This document shows, in pieces, positions 57,614 through 64,000 of a DNA stretch of 64,000 nt. Made by a program: the position numbers and the translations under genes. The notes beneath the pieces were generated by a model. It was not told the DNA's origin. It worked only from the letters and a program-made list of their open reading frames with translations, and searched no databases. Each line of letters begins with the position of its first letter. The stretch's first letter is position 1. Source of the stretch: an uncultured Acidimicrobium sp. (GTDB taxonomy: Bacteria; Actinomycetota; Acidimicrobiia; Acidimicrobiales; Ilumatobacteraceae); contig CAYXIY010000001.1 in NCBI GenBank assembly GCA_964465475.1, positions 44,312-108,311 on the forward strand, given 5' to 3'.

Positions 57614-59871
57614 CCATCTCTACCTCGACTCGTACCCGCGACGTCCTCGGAACGAGTGCGCTACGCCCCGATGGTGCTGCCAAGGTTCAGGGAAGTTTCG
57701 AATTCTCCTCTGACGCCAACGACGACAACATGGCGTGGGGAGCCACCCTTCGAAGCCCCCACCCCTATGCGCGGATCGTGTCGATCGACGTCTCGGGCGC
57801 ATACGCGATTGCCGGCGTCCACGCCGTCGTCACCGCCGCAGACGTTCCTGGAAAGGCGACGTATGGTCTCATCAGTTCCGACCAGCCCGTCTTTGCCTCC
57901 GACTACGTGCGGTACATGGGCGAGCCAGTCGCTGCAGTCGCAGCAGACCATCCCGAGACCGCTCGTCGGGCACTCCAGGCAATCTCGGTCACCTACGAGG
58001 TCCTCCGACCGCTTACCGACCCCGAGGAAGCCATCTCGGGCAACCACGAGCCGATTCATCCCCATGGAAACATCCTGCGCAAGCAGAACATCGTGCGCGG
58101 TGACCAGACCATCACGGGCGAAGTCGTCGTCGAAGACACCTATGACATCGGGATGCAGGACCAAGCGTTCCTCGGTCTCGAAGCGGCCCTTGCTCGACCC
58201 CTTGCGAAGGGAGGCGTCGAGCTCATCGTTGCCACCCAGTGGCTGCACGAGGACCGAAAGCAGATCGCCGACTGCCTCGCACTCGCCGAGGAGGACGTGT
58301 TCCTTACGCTCGGTGGTGTCGGGGGTGCGTTTGGCGCTCGAGAAGACATCAGCTTGCAGGTGCACTGTTGTCTGCTCGCCCTCACCATCAATCGACCCGT
58401 CAAGATGCAGTACGGGCGCGAAGAGTCGTTCTTCGGACACGTCCATCGTCACCCGGCCAAGATCTGGATGCGCCACCACGCGACACGAGAAGGAAAGATC
58501 CAACGGATCGAAGCTCGCATGGTCTTCGATGGCGGTGCGTACACCAGTACGTCTCCCGCGGTCTTGATCAACGGCATCACGCACACCCAGGGTCCGTACG
58601 CGTGCGACAACGCCACGGTCGAGGGATTCGCCGTGCGCACCAACAATCCCCCATGTGGAGCCATGCGTGGCTTCGGTGTCGTGCAGGCGTGCTTTGCGCA
58701 CGAGTCGCAGATGGACAAACTGGCCGAAGCGTGCGGGCTTTCGCCAGTCGAGATCCGGCTTCGCAATGCAATGAAAACCGGAGATCCCTTGATCACGGGC
58801 CAGCCCGTGGAGAGCGTCGCCCCGGTGGAACGATGCATTCGCGAGACCGCCGCCATACCCCTTCCCCCTGCACTTGACGGGTCCGACCCACTCAACTTGC
58901 CTGGCGGTTCAGGGCTCACGACGCGCTCGGCCCACGTCGTACGCGGCATCGGTTGGGGTGTGTCGATCAAGAATCTGATGTACAGCGAAGGATTCGACGA
59001 CTACGCAACCGCCCGTTGCATCCTCCGTGACGGCGTCGCGTACCTCAAGTTCGCCACGTCGGAAGTTGGGCAAGGCTTCGTCACCCTCGCACCCCAGATC
59101 GCACGAACCCTGCTCGGTGTCGACGAGGTTGTCCTCGAGCCAATGGACACCGGGATCGGGTCTGCGGGCTCGACATCTGCTTCACGCCAGACCTGGATGA
59201 GCGGCGGAGCCGTCGACGGAGCCTGTCGCGTCGTCCGAGAACGGCTGTTCGAACACGTCGGCGCGGTGCATGGGGTTGACCCGATCCGCTTGTCGATCGA
59301 CGGTACGGACGTCGTCGACCAGCTGGGGACCCTCCGCGTTCCGGTCTCTGAGGCGAGTGCGGGAGTCGAGTTCTCCCACACCTACGAGCACCACCACCGC
59401 AAGACAGAAGATCTCGACGAAAACGGGCAGGGAAACTGTCACGTGGCGTTCGCCTTCGTGGCACACCGTGCCGTGGTCGACGTCGACGTCGAGCTTGGAC
59501 TCGTGAAGGTGGTCCAGATCGCGACCGCTCAGGACGTCGGTCAGGTCCTCAACCCTCTGTCCGTCCTCGGACAGATCGAAGGCGGCATAGCCCAAGGTCT
59601 CGGCCTTGCGATCATGGAAGAAATCATCGTCGACAACGGAATCGTCCGTAATCCGTCGTTCACCGACTACCTGCTACCAACCGCACTCGACGCCCCTGAC
59701 GTCGTTGCGGTCACGATCGAAGAGCCCGAGCCACAGGCCCCTCTTGGTGCAAAGGGAGTCGGCGAACCACCCTGTATTTCGGTTACGCCCGCAATCGTTG
59801 CCGCCATTCGCGACGCTACGAAGCGCTCGCTGACGAGGGTTCCGGTTCGTCCTTACGACATTTGCATTTGA
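57610..59871 (+). CDS. Xanthine dehydrogenase family molybdopterin-binding subunit (CoxL-like)
   Basis: 753 aa with GGVGGAFGARED and ...PLGAKGVGEPP (catalytic Glu). ATGA overlap with the FeS subunit stop. Confidence 0.9.
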   Translation: MTISTSTRTRDVLGTSALRPDGAAKVQGSFEFSSDANDDNMAWGATLRSPHPYARIVSIDVSGAYAIAGVHAVVTAADVPGKATYGLISSDQPVFASDYVRYMGEPVAAVAADHPETARRALQAISVTYEVLRPLTDPEEAISGNHEPIHPHGNILRKQNIVRGDQTITGEVVVEDTYDIGMQDQAFLGLEAALARPLAKGGVELIVATQWLHEDRKQIADCLALAEEDVFLTLGGVGGAFGAREDISLQVHCCLLALTINRPVKMQYGREESFFGHVHRHPAKIWMRHHATREGKIQRIEARMVFDGGAYTSTSPAVLINGITHTQGPYACDNATVEGFAVRTNNPPCGAMRGFGVVQACFAHESQMDKLAEACGLSPVEIRLRNAMKTGDPLITGQPVESVAPVERCIRETAAIPLPPALDGSDPLNLPGGSGLTTRSAHVVRGIGWGVSIKNLMYSEGFDDYATARCILRDGVAYLKFATSEVGQGFVTLAPQIARTLLGVDEVVLEPMDTGIGSAGSTSASRQTWMSGGAVDGACRVVRERLFEHVGAVHGVDPIRLSIDGTDVVDQLGTLRVPVSEASAGVEFSHTYEHHHRKTEDLDENGQGNCHVAFAFVAHRAVVDVDVELGLVKVVQIATAQDVGQVLNPLSVLGQIEGGIAQGLGLAIMEEIIVDNGIVRNPSFTDYLLPTALDAPDVVAVTIEEPEPQAPLGAKGVGEPPCISVTPAIVAAIRDATKRSLTRVPVRPYDICI

Positions 59872-61046
59872 TCGAGAAGCGATCTCGTCGGAACCGTGCC
59901 GATGGCACCGATGGCGTCGGCCACCGCCTCTTCGGGGGCGTCGAACGGGAAATCGGTGAACTCCACCTCCACGTCTGACCCCTTCAACAGCCGCTGGGTC
60001 GATTTCTTCGCACTCGCATCGATCAATGACACGACGACCCCGTCTCGTCCGGCGCGTCCTGTTCGGCCCGAACGATGGATGTAGTCCTTCACGTCTTCGG
60101 GTAGGTCATAGTGGACGACCAACGGAACGTCGTCGATATGAATTCCACGCGCCGCAACGTCCGTCGCAACCATCACGGTCGCCTGCCCCTTCTTGAACTG
60201 CTGGAGGGCCTTCTCGCGCTGCGCCTGAGAGCGGTTGCCATGGATCACGCAGGTCGATACGCCGGCTGCGTCCAGGTTCTTCGCCACACGGTCGGAACCA
60301 TGCTTCGTTCGACAAAAGACGATCACCTTTTCGTACGAATTCGCAAGGACCGTGAGTGCCTTCATCCGATCGTTGCGATCGACGACGTGGAATCGGTGTT
60401 CCACCTCTCCGCCGTCGTCAGGGACCTCGACCTCGTGTCGAACCGGCTCGCGCTGGAACTCCTTGACCAACGACTTGATGTCGCCGTCGAGGGTCGCCGA
60501 AAACAACAGCGTCTGGCGATCGGCTTTTGCCATCCTCATGATCTTCTTGACCGACGGCAGGAAGCCCATGTCCGCCATTCGGTCGGCCTCGTCGATCACC
60601 GCAAGGTTCACGTCCTGCAAGGAGACCGCTCGCCGTTCGATCAGGTCCTCGAGACGTCCCGGTGTGGCGACGAGTACGGTCGCGTTCCTCGCGAGTTTGA
60701 CCTGAGGTCCGTAGGCCGCGCCTCCGTAGACGGCAGCGACTCGAACGTTGCTTCCCTGGATCAGCTTCCCGATCTCTCCTGCAACCTGCGACGCGAGCTC
60801 TCGGGTCGGAACCAGGACGAGCCCCTGCGGGTGTCCGGGACGACATGAGCCGACCGCAGATGCGAGGACGATGCCGAATGCGAGGGTCTTGCCGCTTCCG
60901 GTCGGAGCCTTGCCACACACGTCCTTGCCGGCGAGTGAGTCGCGCAGCGTCGCCTCCTGGATCGGAAAGGGAGCCGAGATGCCCCGTGATTCCAGGTTCT
61001 TCACGATGTGGGCCGGGACGCCCAAATCTTTCCAGCTCGTCGTCAT
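59853..61046 (-). CDS. DEAD-box ATP-dependent RNA helicase
   Basis: APTGSGKTLAF, PTRELA, DEAD (VIDEADRM), SAT and HRSGRTGRAG motifs. Confidence 0.9.
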   Translation of the reverse strand: MTTSWKDLGVPAHIVKNLESRGISAPFPIQEATLRDSLAGKDVCGKAPTGSGKTLAFGIVLASAVGSCRPGHPQGLVLVPTRELASQVAGEIGKLIQGSNVRVAAVYGGAAYGPQVKLARNATVLVATPGRLEDLIERRAVSLQDVNLAVIDEADRMADMGFLPSVKKIMRMAKADRQTLLFSATLDGDIKSLVKEFQREPVRHEVEVPDDGGEVEHRFHVVDRNDRMKALTVLANSYEKVIVFCRTKHGSDRVAKNLDAAGVSTCVIHGNRSQAQREKALQQFKKGQATVMVATDVAARGIHIDDVPLVVHYDLPEDVKDYIHRSGRTGRAGRDGVVVSLIDASAKKSTQRLLKGSDVEVEFTDFPFDAPEEAVADAIGAIGTVPTRSLLDQMQMS

Positions 61047-61056
61047 TTTGCTCCGT

Positions 61057-62370
61057 TCAATCAGGAATACCTGATTGGCGACCGAGGACGCGATTCAGAT
61101 ACGCATTGGAGAACATGCCAGTTGGATCGAGGCGATCCCGCAGTTCCACAAACTTGTTGAATTCAGGATAGAGGTCTCGAAGGGTCGAATTGTCCTGAAA
61201 GTGGATCTTTCCCCAGTGCGGGCGCCCGCCATAGTCCACCATGATTGCCTCAACCGCTCGAAAATACGGCTCGTAGTCCATTCCTCGATACATGTGCACC
61301 GCAACATACGCGCTGTCGCGCCCATACGCAGTAGACAACGGGATGTCATCGCCCTTCACCGATCGAACCTCGACGGGAAAACTCACACGAAAGCCACGAT
61401 CATCGACCATCTTGCGGACGCGACCGAGCGCTTCGGGCAGGGCGTCGTAAGGAATCGAATACTCCATCTCGCAGAATCGCACCAGACGCTTGCTTGCGAA
61501 GATCCGATGGCTCGCATCGATCCGCTCCTGTCGACCTTGCGCGGGAAGTGCGGTCGCCAGACGTGGGATGAGTGCGGGAACGGCCTTCCCAACTCGGCAT
61601 ACCGCACCGAACGCCAGGTTCTCCATCACCATCTTGTTCCAGAACGTCGCAACTGGACGTCGAGTGGTATGGGCGGCGGTCGAACGATTGTTGCGTTTGG
61701 TGAGTGCCCACTTCGTATGCGGCACCCAGTAGAACTCAAAATGATCGTTCTCCCTTGTGTATCGATCGAAGTTGTGCTCGACGTCTACGACCGGTTGTGG
61801 ATACTCGACTGCGTGCAACGAGAAAGCGGGGACGACTCGTAACGTCACGTCGAGAATCACCCCGAGCGCCCCGAGTGACACCCGACCCGCCGACCACACC
61901 TCTCGGTTCTCGTTCTCCGAGCACACGAGGACCTCACCTGAAGACGTCAGCAAGGTGAATGCAACGACCTGCGTGGCAAGACCACCGAGAGCGATACCGG
62001 TGCCGTGCGTCGACGTCGACAATGCCCCGACGATCGACTGATAGGTCACGTCGCCGAGATTGGGCATGGCATAGCCCCGTTCCGCGAGAAGTTCGTTCAA
62101 ATCCGCGATCGTCGTGCCTGCGCGCACGGTTACGGTTTGCCCTTCGGTGTCGAGATGGATGATTCCTGCATACCGCTCAAGATCCAGGATGATCTCTTCA
62201 GGTCGCGCGATGCCCGTGAAGCTGTGTCCCGAACCGACGACCTTCACCCGCCGTCCCGTCCTGCGGGCTTCGGCAATCACGCGCTGAATGTCATCAGAAC
62301 TACTCACCGAGCCATACGACGAGAGACCGCGCGCACGTTGGTTTCCTGCCCAGTTCCTCCACGATGTCAT
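61057..62370 (-). CDS. FAD-linked oxidoreductase, L-gulono/D-arabinono-1,4-lactone oxidase/dehydrogenase family
   Basis: MTSWRNWAGNQ..., VVGSGHSF (PCMH FAD domain) and C-terminal GGRPHWGK (ALO domain). The ATG at 62370 overlaps the MFS stop (ATGA). The longer track N-terminus is rejected. Confidence 0.8.
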   Translation of the reverse strand: MTSWRNWAGNQRARGLSSYGSVSSSDDIQRVIAEARRTGRRVKVVGSGHSFTGIARPEEIILDLERYAGIIHLDTEGQTVTVRAGTTIADLNELLAERGYAMPNLGDVTYQSIVGALSTSTHGTGIALGGLATQVVAFTLLTSSGEVLVCSENENREVWSAGRVSLGALGVILDVTLRVVPAFSLHAVEYPQPVVDVEHNFDRYTRENDHFEFYWVPHTKWALTKRNNRSTAAHTTRRPVATFWNKMVMENLAFGAVCRVGKAVPALIPRLATALPAQGRQERIDASHRIFASKRLVRFCEMEYSIPYDALPEALGRVRKMVDDRGFRVSFPVEVRSVKGDDIPLSTAYGRDSAYVAVHMYRGMDYEPYFRAVEAIMVDYGGRPHWGKIHFQDNSTLRDLYPEFNKFVELRDRLDPTGMFSNAYLNRVLGRQSGIPD

Positions 62371-63602
62371 TGCACGTCGCCTTGACGACCGGAAAGCGAA
62401 TAGACCAACAGGAACCCCGTCAGCACCGCACCGAGCACTGCCAGAGAGTTGTAGCCGATCCCCTTTCGAATAAACCCACTCGAGAAGCCAGCGATACCAC
62501 CGCACAAGCTCATGACGAGGTCCGAACTTCCTTGAACGCGCACACGAGACTCGATCGGAATGCTGTCTGAGAGCAGCCCAGAACCTCCGACGAGACCGAA
62601 ATTCCAACCGACGCCAAGGAGGATCAACCCGGGCCACAGCAAGGTCGGGGAATCTCCTGCAAGGCTCGAAAATGCAGACGCAACGATCAGCACCGCTGCC
62701 CCCACTTGGATCGACCGGTGCCGACCGAACTTGTCCGAGAATCGGCCGATGAACGGACTGAAGGCATACATTCCGGCGATGTGGAGCGAGATGATGAAAG
62801 CGCTCAATCCTTCGTGCCCGTGGAGTTTGAGATGTACGGGCGTCATCGTCATCACGGCGACCATCGTCATCTGCGAGATCGCCATCGAGATCAGTCCGAG
62901 TCGCGACTCGCGGGAGTGTCGCAGCGGGACCGCAATATCACCGATTGACCTGTTCGAAGATTCAACCGAGCCCAATCTTCCCGCGACTTCCAATGGGTCG
63001 GGACGAAGTCTGATGAACACGTTCAACAAAGACGCACTGAAGAACAGTCCGGAAAAGATCCACGGACCGGTGTAGATGTTCCACCCGAACATCGATTCGC
63101 CCAGACGCTCCGCCGGCTTGATCAAGATGGGACCGAACACTGCGCCAAAGGTAGAGGCGAAGAGCACCCTGCTCATCGCCCTACCTCGACTGTCGGGCTC
63201 AGCGAGGTCCATCGCCGTGTAGCGCGACAGGAGGTTCGACGCTTGTCCATTGCCGAACAGAAAGAGACCGACCATGAAGACCGCGAGATTGGACGTCTCG
63301 ACACCAAGACCTGCAACCAGCCCACCGAGGAGTGCGAGCCCGTATCCAAGCGCGAGTCCCTTACGGCGTCCGTTTGAGTTCATGAATCGTGCAAGCGTCT
63401 GAGCCATCACAGCCGTTCCAACAGTGACCGTCGCCGTAGCCATTCCCCCAAGGGGCGTCTCTTGGCCGAGGATGTCCTGGATGACGAACGCACCGACCGT
63501 CACCGCGGCAGACAGGGCCGCCGAGCCGACGATCTGACCAGCGGTCAGAACACGAAGAACCCTGCGTTGTATCAGGGCCTTCTCAGCAACGTCAACGCTC
63601 AT
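62367..63602 (-). CDS. MFS transporter
   Basis: About 12 predicted TM helices. The ATG at 63602 overlaps the pyk stop (ATGA). Confidence 0.8.
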   Translation of the reverse strand: MSVDVAEKALIQRRVLRVLTAGQIVGSAALSAAVTVGAFVIQDILGQETPLGGMATATVTVGTAVMAQTLARFMNSNGRRKGLALGYGLALLGGLVAGLGVETSNLAVFMVGLFLFGNGQASNLLSRYTAMDLAEPDSRGRAMSRVLFASTFGAVFGPILIKPAERLGESMFGWNIYTGPWIFSGLFFSASLLNVFIRLRPDPLEVAGRLGSVESSNRSIGDIAVPLRHSRESRLGLISMAISQMTMVAVMTMTPVHLKLHGHEGLSAFIISLHIAGMYAFSPFIGRFSDKFGRHRSIQVGAAVLIVASAFSSLAGDSPTLLWPGLILLGVGWNFGLVGGSGLLSDSIPIESRVRVQGSSDLVMSLCGGIAGFSSGFIRKGIGYNSLAVLGAVLTGFLLVYSLSGRQGDVQ

Positions 63603-64000
63603 GATTCTTGGTGCAACCACAAGGTGTCTGCGTCCGAACGTGGATTTGTTCGTGAGGCACACACGACGATGCGATCCCCTGGCGATGTCAGACCTTGCAG
63701 ACGGGCTTCGCGCAACGCCTCAGAGATCGCCTTGTCCACGTCGGGTTCGCGCTCCTTGACGAGGGGCATGACTCCTTTGACGATGCGCAGTTGTCGAGCG
63801 ACGTCTGGAGATGGAGTGATCGAGATGATGGGGCAACTGGGCCGACATGCCGACAACAACCGCGCCGAATAGCCGGTGTAGGTAAGCGACACGATCCACT
63901 CGGCACCGATTCGCTTTGCCAAAGCAGCGGCCGCCGCGGTCACTGCCGCCGTCTCAGGATTGGCATCGGCGAACAGATTCGGCATCGACACGTGAGTTTC
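63599..64000 (-). CDS. pyk: Pyruvate kinase (partial, C-terminal domain only; N-terminus beyond the window)
   Basis: ...WIVSLTYTGYSARLLSACRPSCPIISITP...RQLRIVKGVMPL...GDRIVV... is typical of the PK C-terminal domain. The reading frame is open to position 64000. Confidence 0.8.
   Translation of the reverse strand, partial: ETHVSMPNLFADANPETAAVTAAAAALAKRIGAEWIVSLTYTGYSARLLSACRPSCPIISITPSPDVARQLRIVKGVMPLVKEREPDVDKAISEALREARLQGLTSPGDRIVVCASRTNPRSDADTLWLHQES

Noticed and set aside
51587-59871. Assigning the locus to classical xanthine dehydrogenase / aerobic purine catabolism, or calling the hydroxylases selenium-dependent.
   Set aside because: No uricase, HIU hydrolase, OHCU decarboxylase, allantoinase, selD, yqeB/yqeC or xdhC is visible in the window. 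Substrate-specificity residues cannot be judged reliably by eye, so only the family-level call is made.

Overview
High-GC, very gene-dense chromosomal window with about 62 protein genes. Many stop/start overlaps are of the ATGA or GTGA type. I found no rRNA, tRNA, CRISPR array, transposase, integrase or prophage. The gene content points to Actinomycetota, and an Acidimicrobiia-like lineage is my inference. Supporting content is a complete contiguous Pup-proteasome module (arc-dop-pup-prcB-prcA-pafA), trmI, DUF3151, an F420-type LLM enzyme, tkt-tal, ctaA and a GuaB1-type IMPDH paralogue. Most of the window is housekeeping: signal peptidase, PBP4, ADP-forming acyl-CoA synthetase, nagA, typA, RNase D, mobA plus rhodanese, cmk, plsC, Sua5/TsaC, a Liv-type ABC importer, an M23 peptidase, a heterodimeric ABC exporter, panBC, a DEAD-box helicase and pyk. 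The most unusual part is the accessory-looking block 43972..59871, and within it a translationally coupled eight-gene operon (49346..59871). That operon combines an M20 carbamoyl-amino-acid amidase, a D-carbamoylase-like CN-hydrolase, an XdhD-like fused FeS/Moco hydroxylase and an N-terminally short SsnA-like amidohydrolase. It also encodes an LLM (F420/FMN-type) oxidoreductase and a second, CoxMSL-type three-subunit Mo-hydroxylase. It is flanked by a class-III aminotransferase-TauE operon, a persulfide-dioxygenase-like MBL protein, and a Gfo/Idh/MocA plus ProA-paralogue pair. I read this as a candidate, not obviously described, N-heterocycle (purine/pyrimidine/hydantoin-like) catabolic route. 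The substrate cannot be read from the sequence. Other points worth a second look are a structured 5' leader upstream of the M23 hydrolase gene, a LivH permease with an extra secreted N-terminal domain, back-to-back divergent start codons, and the absence of any recognisable transcription factor in 64 kb. Start coordinates refined from the ORF track were obtained by residue counting and spot-checked against the sequence. All family assignments rest on motifs I recognise by eye, not on database searches.
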